Origin: Alphaproteobacteria bacterium
GTDB lineage: Bacteria > Pseudomonadota > Alphaproteobacteria > Micavibrionales > UBA2020
Direction of reading: 5' to 3'
NCBI GenBank assembly: GCA_021413445.1
Contig: JAIOQI010000042.1
Span: forward strand, 2,588 to 66,587
Length of the DNA stretch: 64,000 bases
A program made the translations under genes and the position numbers. The notes beneath the pieces are model-generated. The model saw only the letters and a list, made by a program, of their open reading frames with translations. It searched no databases and was not told the DNA's origin. The number at the start of each line of letters is the position of its first letter. The stretch's first letter is position 1. This document shows, in pieces, positions 42,008-52,136 of the stretch.

Positions 42008-42747
42008 ATGTTTAATCTTGCAGGAAAAACCGCGCTGGTCACCGGCGCCTCGGGCGGCATCGGCGGCGCGATCGCCAGGGCGCTGCATGCGCAGGGCGCG
42101 ATCGTCGCCCTGAATGGCCGCAACGTCGAATCACTTAATAAACTGGCGGCGGAGTTAAAAGACCGCTGCCATGTCCTGCCGGGCGAGTTGAACAGCGCCA
42201 AGGCGACCGATGCGCTGGTCAAGGCCGCCGAGGAAAAAATGGGGCAGATCGACATTCTCTCGTCAACAACGCCGGGCTGACCAGGGACGGGCTGTTCATG
42301 CGCATGAAGGACGAAGACTGGCAGGTGGTGCAGGACGTCAACCTCACCGCGCCCTTCCGCCTGACGCGCGCCGCCATTCGCGGCATGATGAAGCGCCGCT
42401 TTGGGCGCGTCATTAACATCACCTCGGTGGTGGGCGTCACCGGCAACCCCGGCCAGGCCAATTACTGCGCCGCCAAGGCCGGCATGATCGGCATGACCAA
42501 ATCCATGGCTGCCGAAGTCGCCAACCGCGGCATCACCCTGAACTGCATCGCCCCCGGCTTTATCGCCACCCCCATGACCGAAGCCCTGACCGACGAGCAA
42601 AAAGCCAAGATCAATGCCACCATCCCCTCCGGCGCCATGGGCGCGCCGGAGGACATCGCCGCCGCCTGCGTCTATCTCGCCAGCGGCGAAGCCAGATACA
42701 TCACCGGCCAGACCCTGCACATCAACGGCGGCATGGCGATGATCTAG
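42008..42747 (+). pseudogene. fabG: 3-oxoacyl-ACP reductase FabG, reading frame broken at 42257-42262
   Basis: Two ORFs (42008-42280 and 42298-42747) together make a complete FabG. The first ends ...MGQIDILSSTTPG*. The shifted frame reads VNNAGLTRDGLFMRMKDEDW and joins the second. Sequence is GACATTCTC-TC-GTCAACAAC. Confidence 0.85.
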
Positions 42748-42868
42748 GTTTTTATTGTTTATGAAAAATAAGGATTCAAGATTTGCCAACCTGGAATTAG
42801 TGTGGTACTGATTTTCCCACTTACAAGAAAAGACCTAAAGTTTAAACATAACGAACGAGGATATATAC

Positions 42869-43111
42869 ATGAGCAACGTCAATGAACGCGTCAAAAAAAT
42901 CGTCATCGAGCATCTGGGTGTCGATGCTGCCAAAGTAACCGACAACGCCAGCTTTATCGATGATCTCGGCGCGGACAGCCTGGATACCGTTGAACTGGTC
43001 ATGGCTTTTGAAGAAGAATTCGGTATCGAGATTCCTGACGATGCGGCTGAGAAGATCCAGACCGTGAAAGACGCCATCTCTTTCATTCAGCAAACCGCAA
43101 AAGCGGCGTAA
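42869..43111 (+). CDS. acpP: acyl carrier protein
   Basis: 80 aa. [19 protein letters not shown]. Confidence 0.97.
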   Translation: MSNVNERVKKIVIEHLGVDAAKVTDNASFIDDLGADSLDTVELVMAFEEEFGIEIPDDAAEKIQTVKDAISFIQQTAKAA

Positions 43112-43191
43112 ATATCGTCTGACATTATCCTTAAAATGGCTCCTTTTCTTTTGTAGAGAACTGGAGTCATTTTTATGTGCAGGAGGCTGGC

Positions 43192-44463
43192 ATGCGGCGT
43201 GTGGTTGTCACCGGACTGGGTATCATCAGCCCCTTGGGGGTCGGCACCGACCTGAACTGGGCGGCGCTCACGGCAGGCAAATCCGGCCTGCGCAAAATCC
43301 GTTCCTTCGACGCCTCCGACCTGCCCTCGCAGGTGGCGGGGGAAGTTCCCCTCACCTCCGAGCCGGAAAACCTTCCCGGCGCCTTCGATGTCAATAAATA
43401 CATCGAGCACAAAGAACAGAAGAAAATGGACCGCTTCATCCATTACGGCTATGCGGCGGCGATCGACGCCGTGGAAGACAGCGGCTGGAAGCCCGCAGAC
43501 TACGACGGCCAGTGCCGCACCGGCGTCCTGATCGGCTCCGGCATCGGCGGCCTGCTCAACATCCAGGACACCTCGATCATGATGCAGGAAAAGGGGCCGC
43601 GGCGGATCTCGCCGTTCTTCATCCCCTCCGCCCTTATCAACCTGATTTCCGGCAATGTCTCGATCAAGTACGGCTTCAAGGGCCCCAACCATGCGGTGGT
43701 CACCGCCTGCGCGACGGGCAGCCACGCCATCGGCGACGCCGCGCGCCTGATTATGATGGATGACGCCGATGTCATGGTGGCCGGCGGCGCCGAAGCCGCC
43801 ATCTGCCGCGTCGGCGTCGGCGGCTTTGCCGCCTGCCGCGCCCTCTCGACCGGCTATAACGACACGCCGCAGCGCGCCTCCCGCCCGTTCGACAAGGGAC
43901 GCGACGGCTTCGTGATCGGCGAAGGCGCCGGCATCGTGGTGCTGGAAGAATACGAGCACGCCAAAAAGCGCGGCGCGAAAATCTACGCCGAAGTCATCGG
44001 CTACGGCCTTTCCGGCGACGCCTATCACATCACCTCCCCCGCCGAAGACGGCGACGGCGGGTTCCGCGCCATGCAGGCCGCCGTCAGGCGCGCCGGCATT
44101 TCCCCGGAGCAGATCGACTATATCAACGCCCACGGCACCTCGACACCGCTCGGCGACGACATCGAACTGACCGCCATCAAGAGATTATTCGGCCTGGCCG
44201 TCAAAAAAGTCAGCATTTCCTCGACCAAGTCCGCGATGGGCCATCTGCTGGGCGCGGCGGGCGCGGTGGAGGCGATTTTCAGCATCAAGGCGCTGCAAAC
44301 CGGCCTCCTGCCCCCCACCCTCAATCTGGAAGATCCCTCCGACGTGGCCGACGGCATCGACCTGGTTCCCCTCAAGGCCAAGGAGCGCAAAATCAATATC
44401 GCGCTCTCCAATTCCTTCGGGTTCGGCGGCACCAACGCCTGCCTGATCTTCAGGAAGATATGA
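43192..44463 (+). CDS. fabF: 3-oxoacyl-ACP synthase II
   Basis: The track ORF starts at 43177; ATG 43192 (MRRVVVTGLG) is the usual start. Active-site ACATGSHAIG, HGTSTP, and NSFGFGGTNA. Confidence 0.95.
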   Translation: MRRVVVTGLGIISPLGVGTDLNWAALTAGKSGLRKIRSFDASDLPSQVAGEVPLTSEPENLPGAFDVNKYIEHKEQKKMDRFIHYGYAAAIDAVEDSGWKPADYDGQCRTGVLIGSGIGGLLNIQDTSIMMQEKGPRRISPFFIPSALINLISGNVSIKYGFKGPNHAVVTACATGSHAIGDAARLIMMDDADVMVAGGAEAAICRVGVGGFAACRALSTGYNDTPQRASRPFDKGRDGFVIGEGAGIVVLEEYEHAKKRGAKIYAEVIGYGLSGDAYHITSPAEDGDGGFRAMQAAVRRAGISPEQIDYINAHGTSTPLGDDIELTAIKRLFGLAVKKVSISSTKSAMGHLLGAAGAVEAIFSIKALQTGLLPPTLNLEDPSDVADGIDLVPLKAKERKINIALSNSFGFGGTNACLIFRKI

Positions 44464-44466
44464 TCG

Positions 44467-45435
44467 GTGCGTCTCAGATACATCCTTCTCTCTTTGCTCC
44501 TCTGCGCCGCCCTCGCGGCGACCGCCTGGTTTAACTATGCGGTAAATGCCCCCGGGCCGCTGGCCGCTGAAAAACTGCTCTATATCGCGCCCGGCAACTC
44601 CGTCAGAGCCATCACTGCAAAACTTCTCGACGGCGGCATTATCGACAACGGCCCGGCCTTCCTGATCGACGCCCGCTGGCGCAACCGGCAGGAAAATCTC
44701 AAAGCCGGGGAATATAATTTTCCGGCGGGGATTTCTATCGGCGGCGTCATCACGCTGCTGCAAAGCGGCAAGACCTGGCAGCGCAGAATAACCATCCCCG
44801 AAGGTCTGGAAGTAACTGAAGTGATGGATCTCCTGAACAGCGAACCGGCACTGACCGGCGCTATCGACCCCCGTCCGCCGGAAGGCAGCCTGCTCCCTGA
44901 AACCTACCTTTTTTCCTACGGCGACACCCGCCAGGGCCTCGTCAACCGCATGAAAAATTCCCTGCAGAAAGAACTGGCCGCCCTGTGGGAAAAACGCGCC
45001 GGGGGCCTGCCGCTCAAGACGCCGGAAGAAGCCGTGATCCTCGCCTCCATCGTCGAGAAAGAAACCGGGCTGGCGGGCGAACGCCCGCGGGTGGCCGGGG
45101 TTTTCACCAACCGCCTGAACCGGCGCATCCCCCTGCAATCGGACCCGACCGTCAGCTATGCCGTCACGCAGGGGAAAGGCAGCCTGGATCGGGCGCTCTC
45201 CTATCAGGACTTAAAAACACCCTCGCCTTATAATACTTATCTGGTCGCGGGACTGCCGCCGACGCCGATCGCCAACCCCGGCAAAGCCTCCCTGGCCGCC
45301 GTCCTGAACCCCGAGAAAAACGACTACCTCTATTTTGTGGCTGACGGCAGCGGCGGCCACGTTTTCGCCCGGACGCTGAAAGAGCACAATAACAATGTTG
45401 CGCGGTGGCGCCGGCTGGAAAAAAAAGCAAAATAA
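44467..45435 (+). CDS. mltG: endolytic murein transglycosylase MltG (YceG-like)
   Basis: 322 aa with a GTG start and an N-terminal TM. ITIPEGL, and LQSDPTVSY...YNTY...GLPP.PI.NPG. Confidence 0.9.
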   Translation: MRLRYILLSLLLCAALAATAWFNYAVNAPGPLAAEKLLYIAPGNSVRAITAKLLDGGIIDNGPAFLIDARWRNRQENLKAGEYNFPAGISIGGVITLLQSGKTWQRRITIPEGLEVTEVMDLLNSEPALTGAIDPRPPEGSLLPETYLFSYGDTRQGLVNRMKNSLQKELAALWEKRAGGLPLKTPEEAVILASIVEKETGLAGERPRVAGVFTNRLNRRIPLQSDPTVSYAVTQGKGSLDRALSYQDLKTPSPYNTYLVAGLPPTPIANPGKASLAAVLNPEKNDYLYFVADGSGGHVFARTLKEHNNNVARWRRLEKKAK

Positions 45436-45492
45436 TTTCAAGAATTATCAAGGGTTTCCGTGTTCACGCTTCGTTCAGACTTTTAAGATATA

Positions 45493-46113
45493 ATGAAGAG
45501 TATGATTACAAAGCAAACCACAGAGAAAAACAAACCGAATGCGGCGCTCCTGGTCGGAGACGGCCCGCTCCGGAATCAATTGCTGGTGGCGATGCCGGGC
45601 CTGAAGGCCGACGCTTTCTCCAGAAGCGTGATTTATATCTGCGCCCACAGCCCGGCGGGAGCGATGGGCATTGTCGTCAATCAGAAATTGCAGGAAGTGA
45701 AATTCAAGGACCTGCTGGAGCAGCTGCAGCTGCCCCATTCGGAGCTGCAGGTGGACCCGGTCGTGCATTTCGGCGGGCCGGTCGAAACCGGGCGCGGCTT
45801 TGTCCTGCATTCGACCGATTTCATGCGCGAGGACACGGTCAAGGTTAACGACCATATCGGCATCACCGGCACCGTCGATATCCTGCGCGCCATCGCCGAA
45901 GGCGCCGGCCCGCACAAAAGCATCTTTGCGCTGGGCTACGCCGGATGGGGTCCGGGGCAGCTGGATGCGGAGATGCAGGCCAACGGCTGGCTTGTCGCCC
46001 CCCCCGACGACGACCTGATTTTCAATCCAGATCTGTCCAGCACCTGGGAAAAAGCGATGCTGAAAATGGGCATCGATCCCGTTGCCCTGTCTTCCGAACC
46101 GGGGCATTCCTAG
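45493..46113 (+). CDS. YqgE/AlgH family protein (UPF0301)
   Basis: 206 aa. SVIYICAHSPAGAMGIVVNQ, FGGPVETGRGFVLH, and GYAGWGPGQLD.E. Confidence 0.88.
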   Translation: MKSMITKQTTEKNKPNAALLVGDGPLRNQLLVAMPGLKADAFSRSVIYICAHSPAGAMGIVVNQKLQEVKFKDLLEQLQLPHSELQVDPVVHFGGPVETGRGFVLHSTDFMREDTVKVNDHIGITGTVDILRAIAEGAGPHKSIFALGYAGWGPGQLDAEMQANGWLVAPPDDDLIFNPDLSSTWEKAMLKMGIDPVALSSEPGHS

Positions 46114-46116
46114 GGC

Positions 46117-46251
46117 GTACCGTCAATTACTACTGGACCTGATAAAACCGCAGCATTTCTGCGCTTCCGATGCTCACGTACCTCCGGTACGCTCCGCTTC
46201 GGTTCTCGAAAAACTGCGGTTTTATTGGCGGCCCAGCGCAATTGACGGTAC
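46117..46251. repeat. 135-bp nested imperfect palindrome (REP/MITE-like or bidirectional terminator)
   Basis: Outer arms GTACCGTCAATT (46117-46128) / AATTGACGGTAC (46240-46251). Inner arms ATAAAACCGCAG (46142-46153) / CTGCGGTTTTAT (46214-46225). Central hairpin CGTACC-tcc-GGTACG. Confidence 0.7.
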
Positions 46252-46259
46252 ACCCTGAA

Positions 46260-47216
46260 TCACCCCGCCGGGGCGTCTTCGCCGGAGAACTGAAGCAGTT
46301 CCGCCGTTTCCTTTTCCACTTCCATGCAGGATTGCAGGCCGCTGCGGTAATCGGGGTACAGTAATTCGACGCCCAGTTCGTTCTTGATCTTGTCGTTGCG
46401 GATACGCTTGTTTTCCTTATAAAAACTCTGCACGATCGGCGCCGATCCCGCCTGGTCATAGGGGATCAGCGGCGGCGACTCGATGCCGACCAGGTTGCAG
46501 GCGAACTGGATGACTTCATGGCTAGGCGACGGCGTGTCATCCGCCAGATTGTAAACACTGCCCGGGCTAGGCTTGTTCATGGAAGCGATCAGGACCTGCA
46601 CAATGTCCTCGACATGAATGCGGTTGAAGGCATGGCCGGGTTTTTCGATGCGGCGGGCGGTGCCGGAGCGCACGGCGTCAATGGCGCTGCGCCCCGGGCC
46701 GTAAATGCCGGACAGGCGGAAAATATGCAGCGGCAGCCCGTCATGGAGATAAAGCGACTTCCATTGCTGTTCCGCCTTGAGCCTGCGGCTGCCGCGCAGG
46801 CTGGAGGGTGTCGCCGGAGCCGTTTCATCGATCCAGTTCCCGTTCTGGTCGCCATAGACGGCCGTGGTGGAGAGATAGCCGACCCATTCCAGGTTTTTTA
46901 TGCCCGCCAGGTCCTCGCCATGCACGTCAAACACGGGATCGCCCTCGCTGTCCGGCGGCACGGAAAGCAGGACATGGGTGACGCCCTCAAAGGTATGAAA
47001 AGGGTCGGGGATGCCGTGATTGCGGTCGAAAACCCAGGCATCAATGCCGTTCTTTTTAAGAAAAGCCCGCTTGTCGGGGTCGGTGGTGGTGCCGGAGATC
47101 TTCCAGCCGCAGGCGGATAGTTTCAGGGAAAGGAAACTGGCCGTATAGCCGAAACCGAAGCAAAAAATTTTCTTGTCGCGCAATAAGGGACTGACGATGT
47201 TCTGCTGCGGGGCCAC
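46260..47216 (-). CDS. SDR-family NAD(P)-binding oxidoreductase / epimerase-like protein
   Basis: 318 aa. Atypical N-terminal FCFGFGYTA Rossmann start and an extended-SDR-like body (STTAVYG...). Confidence 0.75.
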   Translation of the reverse strand: MAPQQNIVSPLLRDKKIFCFGFGYTASFLSLKLSACGWKISGTTTDPDKRAFLKKNGIDAWVFDRNHGIPDPFHTFEGVTHVLLSVPPDSEGDPVFDVHGEDLAGIKNLEWVGYLSTTAVYGDQNGNWIDETAPATPSSLRGSRRLKAEQQWKSLYLHDGLPLHIFRLSGIYGPGRSAIDAVRSGTARRIEKPGHAFNRIHVEDIVQVLIASMNKPSPGSVYNLADDTPSPSHEVIQFACNLVGIESPPLIPYDQAGSAPIVQSFYKENKRIRNDKIKNELGVELLYPDYRSGLQSCMEVEKETAELLQFSGEDAPAG

Positions 47217-47230
47217 GGTCCTTGATCCCG

Positions 47231-47899
47231 TTAAAAATCAAGGTTTTGATAATGGCGGGGCGGCGAGAATCCGGGGATGATGTCTTCCAGCAGGGGCTTG
47301 AAGCTGGGCCGCGACTTGATGCGGGCATACCAGTCCTTGGCGGCCTTATGCTCTTCCCACGGCACATCGCCGATATAGTCGATCGCCGAAAGGTGCGCCG
47401 CGGCGGTGATGTCCGCCATGGTGATATCGTCCCCGGCCAGCCATCGGCGGCGCTCGGTCAGGAAGCCGATGTAGTCCAGGTGGTAATGGATGTTGGCATG
47501 CCCGGCGCGGATGGAGGGCCCGCTGGGCTCCCCCTGCCGCAGGAAACGCTTCATCATCTTTTCGCCGACCAGGTTTTCGGTCACCTCGGCGTTGAATTTG
47601 TTATCGAACCACGAAACCAGGCGGCGGCTTTCGGCGCGCTGCATCGGGTTGCGGCCGATCAGGTCGGTCGAGGGATAGACTTCGTTCAGATATTCCGAAA
47701 TGACCTGGCTGTCGGTCAGCGTCGTCCCGTCCGGCTCGACCAGCACCGGCACGTCGCCCGCCGGGTTGATGGAAAGGAATTCGGTGCGGCGTTCCCAGAC
47801 TTTTTCGATCTTCAGTTCGAAGTCGAGCTTTTTTTCGGCAAGGGCGATGCGCACTTTCCGCGAGAAGGGATGAAGCCAAAGGTGATACAAGGTTCTCAT
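47231..47899 (-). CDS. glutathione S-transferase
   Basis: 222 aa. Thioredoxin-like N-domain (LWLHPFSRKVR...VPVL...SQVISEYL) and a helical C-domain. Confidence 0.88.
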   Translation of the reverse strand: MRTLYHLWLHPFSRKVRIALAEKKLDFELKIEKVWERRTEFLSINPAGDVPVLVEPDGTTLTDSQVISEYLNEVYPSTDLIGRNPMQRAESRRLVSWFDNKFNAEVTENLVGEKMMKRFLRQGEPSGPSIRAGHANIHYHLDYIGFLTERRRWLAGDDITMADITAAAHLSAIDYIGDVPWEEHKAAKDWYARIKSRPSFKPLLEDIIPGFSPPRHYQNLDF

Positions 47900-47951
47900 C
47901 CCCTTAACTTTAGCTTAACTATCGGCAAGTTTACACAGCTAAAACCGCAGC

Positions 47952-49046
47952 CTAGCTTCTACGGGCCGTCACATGGACGTAAACCGGCACTTCATTTGCG
48001 ATAACGCTGGTATCCGCCCAGCTGCCGCTGCCCAGTTTGAACTTTGAGCGGTCGAGGATAACCGAGCCGTCCATGACGGCGACCGGCTCTTTCCCAGAGT
48101 CCGCCGCCGCGATCTCCAGGGTGAAGGGCAAGATGACCGGCTGGGTGACATCCCGTATCGTCAGGATCGCGGCAGCCTCATAAGCCCGGTCGCCGGTCTT
48201 GCGGATTTGCGTCGTCTCGAAGCGGGCGAGGGGGAATTGCGCCGCGTCGAACCACTCCCGGCCCTTGATGTTGGCATCGCGGTCGGCGGCCTGGGTATTG
48301 ACGCTGGAAATATCGACCTCCGCGTGCACGGCGCTGGCGGCAAGATTGTCGGGATCAAAAACAATGTCCGCCGTGAAACGGTCGAAGCTGCCGCTGAATT
48401 CGGCGCCCAGCTGCCTGGCCTTGAAGGTGATGCTGCTTTTGTCCGGCACGACATCCCATTTCACCCCGGCGGCAGAAGCCGGTGCGGAAAACAGGATTAT
48501 CAGCAGGGCGGGCAGCATCCGCTTGAGGACGATGTCCTTGTCCAGGAAATAATGCTTGAGGGCGGCGGCGATGTGCAGGCCGACGGTGACCATGATGACG
48601 GTGCCGATGATTTCATGAAGTTCCTTGAAAAATTTCATCAGTTCCTTATCGGGCGCCACCAGATTGGGCAGGGTGAAAAGGCCGAAAGGCCGGACCGGAA
48701 AATTTCCGGCGGACGACATCAGCCAGCCGGTCAGCGGCATCGCCAGCAGCAGGATATAAAGAAAAACATGGGTGGCTTTGGCCACCTGCTTTTCCCACGG
48801 CTTCAGCGTCTCGACCATGCCCGGCTTTTTGCTGATGACATGCCAGAGGATGCGGCAAAAGGTCAGCGCCAGGACGGTGATGCCGAAGGATTTATGCAGG
48901 CCGTAAATCCTGAATTTATCGGGGCTGGTGGGCAGGTCGGCCATGTAAAGCCCGACCGCCAGCAGCCCGAGCACCAGCAGCGCCGTGATCCAGTGAAAGG
49001 TCTTGGTGACGGCGCCGTATTGACTTTCGGTGTTTTTCAACAGCAT
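47952..49046 (-). CDS. cytochrome b561 (CybB/YceJ-like) fused to a YceI-like domain
   Basis: 364 aa. The N-terminal ~180 aa have four TM helices with His ligands (FHWI, LHKSFG, ATHVFLY, LHIAAALKH). The C-terminal ~180 aa are YceI-like (WDVVPDKSSITFKA...). Confidence 0.85.
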   Translation of the reverse strand: MLLKNTESQYGAVTKTFHWITALLVLGLLAVGLYMADLPTSPDKFRIYGLHKSFGITVLALTFCRILWHVISKKPGMVETLKPWEKQVAKATHVFLYILLLAMPLTGWLMSSAGNFPVRPFGLFTLPNLVAPDKELMKFFKELHEIIGTVIMVTVGLHIAAALKHYFLDKDIVLKRMLPALLIILFSAPASAAGVKWDVVPDKSSITFKARQLGAEFSGSFDRFTADIVFDPDNLAASAVHAEVDISSVNTQAADRDANIKGREWFDAAQFPLARFETTQIRKTGDRAYEAAAILTIRDVTQPVILPFTLEIAAADSGKEPVAVMDGSVILDRSKFKLGSGSWADTSVIANEVPVYVHVTARRS

Positions 49047-49055
49047 GGTGCCCTG

Positions 49056-49655
49056 CTACTTGTTTGTCTTGCTGAAGTCCTGGCGGACACCGTCAACCTG
49101 GATATCGAGAGCGAGGTCATCGCCGACGAGGGGGATGAAGTTCGTGATCCCGAAGTCGGAGCGCTTGATGCTGCCCTTGATGGAGAAGCCTGCGTCCTTG
49201 CGGGTTTCTATCATGGGGTTCATGCCGACCTTGTTGAGGGTAACATTCAACGTCACCGGTTTCGTCACGCCATGCAGCGTGAGGTCGCCGGTCATGAGCG
49301 CGGCATTTTCGCCCGTGCGCTTGATCTTCGTGCTTTTGAACGTGATGGCCGGGAACTTGGCGGTCTCGAGGAATTTCTCCTTCACGTGCTCGTCCCAGGT
49401 ATTGTCGGCCATATCGATGCTGTTCGCATCAATGGTGATGTCGGCGCTGGAGGATTCCGGATTTTGCTCGTCCAGCAGGAAGGCGCCGTCGAATTTATTG
49501 AAGCGCCCGTACGACATGGTGAAACCCATGTGGTTGACCGAAAACAGGATCTGCGTGTGAAGCGGGTCGTAGGTGTATTTCTCAGGCGCGGCCTGCGCTG
49601 CAGTCGCCGCGAGGCCAAGGGCCAGGATAGAGCCTATAAAGAGGAGTTTTTTCAC
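49056..49655 (-). CDS. periplasmic YceI family protein
   Basis: 199 aa. Signal peptide ending AAQA/AP. YTYDPLHTQILFSVNHMGFT and TGDLTLHGVTKPV. Confidence 0.88.
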   Translation of the reverse strand: MKKLLFIGSILALGLAATAAQAAPEKYTYDPLHTQILFSVNHMGFTMSYGRFNKFDGAFLLDEQNPESSSADITIDANSIDMADNTWDEHVKEKFLETAKFPAITFKSTKIKRTGENAALMTGDLTLHGVTKPVTLNVTLNKVGMNPMIETRKDAGFSIKGSIKRSDFGITNFIPLVGDDLALDIQVDGVRQDFSKTNK

Positions 49656-51019
49656 AATGCTGCCTTTCTGCCCTCTTCCTTGCGGCGGGCGAGGGTTTTT
49701 TCAAGCCAGTGGATATTGAACTGCGCGACGCGGAATTCCGGCTCCTGCAAAATGCGCAGGTGCAGGGGGATGTTGGTCTGGATGCCCTCGATCACGCATT
49801 CTTCCAGGGCGCGCTGCATGCGCATCAGCGCCTCTTCCCGCGTCTTGGCGTGGACGATCAGCTTGGCCACCATGCTGTCATAAGTGGAAGGCACCATGTA
49901 GCCGTCATAGAGGGCGCTATCGACGCGCACGCCGAGGCCGCCGGGGGCGTGATAGCGGGTGATTTTTCCCGGCGAGGGGATGAAGGTCTCGGGATGCTCC
50001 GCGTTGACGCGGCATTCCATGGCATGGCCGTCGAACTTGATGTCCTTCTGCCGGAAGGGCAGCGGGTGCCCCGCCGCGACCATGATCTGCTCGCGCACCA
50101 GGTCGATGCCGGTGACCATTTCCGTGATCGTATGCTCGATCTGCAGGCGGGTGTTCATCTCCAGGAAATAGAATTTCCCGTCCTCGAACAGGAATTCCAT
50201 GGTGCCGACGCCGCGATAGCCCATCTTGCGGGCGCAGTCGGCGGCGAGGTCGCCGATGAAATTGCGCTGCTCCGCCGTGATGCCCGGCGCCGGGCATTCC
50301 TCGACGACTTTCTGGTGGCTGCGCTGGACCGAGCAGTCGCGCTCGCCGAGGTGCACCACATTGCCATGGCTGTCGGCAAGGAGCTGGATCTCGATATGGC
50401 GCGGATGGCTGAGATATTTTTCGAGATAAACATCGCCGTTGCCGAACGCCGCCTTGGCCTCAGCAGACGCCATGGTGAACGAGGACTTGAATTCCTCCTC
50501 GCTGCGGGCGACCTTCATGCCCTTGCCGCCGCCGCCGGCGACCGCCTTGATGAGCACCGGGAAGCCGCAGTCTTTCGCAATCTTCAACCCCTCTTCCGCA
50601 TCCCTGACGATGCCAGGGGAGCCGGGAATCAGCGGCAGGCCGAGCGCGCGCATGGTGTCCTTGGCGACGGCCTTGTCGCCCATCTTGGCGATATGCTCCG
50701 GCGTGGGGCCGATGAAGGTGAAGCCGTGCGCCTCGACCATGCGGCAGAATTCCTCGTTCTCGGACAAAAAGCCGATGCCGGGATGGATGGCATCGACATT
50801 GGTGACGGAAGCCGCGGTGAGAATCGCCGGAATATTGAGATAGCTTTGCCGCGACGGCGCCGGGCCGATGCAGACGCTTTCGTCCGCCATCCGCACCGCC
50901 ATGCCATTCGCGTCGGCGGTGGAATGCACCACCACCGTCTCGATGCCCATTTCCTTGCAGGCGCGCACGATGCGCAGGGCGATCTCTCCGCGATTGGCGA
51001 TCAGGATTTTCTTGAACAT
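49652..51019 (-). CDS. accC: acetyl-CoA carboxylase biotin carboxylase subunit
   Basis: 455 aa. [24 protein letters not shown], and [10 protein letters not shown]. Confidence 0.97.
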   Translation of the reverse strand: MFKKILIANRGEIALRIVRACKEMGIETVVVHSTADANGMAVRMADESVCIGPAPSRQSYLNIPAILTAASVTNVDAIHPGIGFLSENEEFCRMVEAHGFTFIGPTPEHIAKMGDKAVAKDTMRALGLPLIPGSPGIVRDAEEGLKIAKDCGFPVLIKAVAGGGGKGMKVARSEEEFKSSFTMASAEAKAAFGNGDVYLEKYLSHPRHIEIQLLADSHGNVVHLGERDCSVQRSHQKVVEECPAPGITAEQRNFIGDLAADCARKMGYRGVGTMEFLFEDGKFYFLEMNTRLQIEHTITEMVTGIDLVREQIMVAAGHPLPFRQKDIKFDGHAMECRVNAEHPETFIPSPGKITRYHAPGGLGVRVDSALYDGYMVPSTYDSMVAKLIVHAKTREEALMRMQRALEECVIEGIQTNIPLHLRILQEPEFRVAQFNIHWLEKTLARRKEEGRKAAL

Positions 51020-51045
51020 CGGCTTATATCCCCGGAAGGTGGCTG

Positions 51046-51492
51046 TTACTCAATAATCACCAGCGCCTGGCCGAATTCCACCGGCTGGGAATCCTCCACT
51101 AGGATCTCGGTGACGGTGCCGCCCTTTTCCGCCTTGATCGGGTTCATCACCTTCATCGCCTCGATAATCACCAGCGTATCGCCGGCCTTCACGACCGCGC
51201 CCTTGGTGACAAAGCGCGGGGCGCCGGGTTCGGATTGCAGATAGACGGTGCCGACCATCGGCGACTTGACGGCGCCGGGATGGTTCTCGGGGGAAAGTGC
51301 CGCGATTTTCGGGGCGTTGGCCGCACTCACCGCAGGCATTTGCGCCGGCGCCGTGATCGCCTGGACGCTGATGGTGCGGGTGACGCGGATCCGCTTGTCG
51401 CCCTCGGCGATCTCGATTTCCGTCAGGTCGGTTTCGGTCAGCAGATTCGCCAGGTTGCGGATCGCATCATGGTCGATTTTCATGGGAGACAT
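51046..51492 (-). CDS. accB: acetyl-CoA carboxylase biotin carboxyl carrier protein
   Basis: The track ORF (to 51861) overlaps aroQ. ATG 51492 ([11 protein letters not shown]) is preceded by GAGAGGA. Biotinyl-lysine motif EAMKVMN. Confidence 0.92.
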   Translation of the reverse strand: MSPMKIDHDAIRNLANLLTETDLTEIEIAEGDKRIRVTRTISVQAITAPAQMPAVSAANAPKIAALSPENHPGAVKSPMVGTVYLQSEPGAPRFVTKGAVVKAGDTLVIIEAMKVMNPIKAEKGGTVTEILVEDSQPVEFGQALVIIE

Positions 51493-51518
51493 GGTTTTCC
51501 TCTCTCTTTTTTGAATTT

Positions 51519-51980
51519 TCACGCCGCGTCGTCCAGCAACGCGCGCATCGCATCCAGAGCCAGAATGTAGCCGTGGGCGCCGAAGCCGCAGATAACGCCC
51601 TGCGCCACGGCAGATATATACGAGTGATGGCGGAAGTCTTCGCGCTTGAAGGTGTTGCTGAGATGGACCTCGATGACCGGGATGTCGAGGATTTTCAGCG
51701 CATCCTGCAGGGCGATCGAGGTGTGGGAATAAGCCCCGCCGTTGATAATCACGCCGGAGAAGGCGCCGCGCGCCTCCTGGATCATCGTCACCAGCTCGCC
51801 TTCGTGGTTGGACTGGCGGAAATCGACGGCGCAGCCGAGTTCGCCCGCATATTCCCCGCACTCCAGCGCGATTGCGCTCAGGTTCTTGAACCCATAGACA
51901 TCCGGCTCCCGCACGCCGAGCATGTTCAGGTTCGGTCCGTTCAAAATCAGAATGTTATGCCGCTGTTTGGCCAAGCCCAC
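51519..51980 (-). CDS. aroQ: type II 3-dehydroquinate dehydratase
   Basis: 153 aa. ILILNGPNLNMLG, and HLSN...RE.FR.HS. The start is uncertain: GTG 51980, or TTG 51974 with better GAGG spacing. Confidence 0.93.
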   Translation of the reverse strand: MGLAKQRHNILILNGPNLNMLGVREPDVYGFKNLSAIALECGEYAGELGCAVDFRQSNHEGELVTMIQEARGAFSGVIINGGAYSHTSIALQDALKILDIPVIEVHLSNTFKREDFRHHSYISAVAQGVICGFGAHGYILALDAMRALLDDAA

Positions 51981-52136
51981 CTCATTTTGTGATTTTGTCT
52001 TTATAACATGGCGGGTTTGAGAGGGCGACTTTAAATGTTTTTACATAAAACGGTGCTCTTTTTACAAACTTGATATTAAGCACCTATATATTAAGGTCGT
52101 ATAGTTTTTGACCAAACCTCAACAAAGAGCAACACC

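Noticed and set aside
47941-47952. AAAACCGCAGC, resembling the inner arm of the 46117-46251 palindrome
   Set aside because: Only about 11 nt match, with no partner arm, which is consistent with chance.
51493-51861. Long version of accB (271 aa) overlapping aroQ
   Set aside because: The extension is Arg/Pro-rich and out of frame with aroQ. ATG 51492 has a GAGAGGA RBS and gives a normal ~148-aa BCCP.
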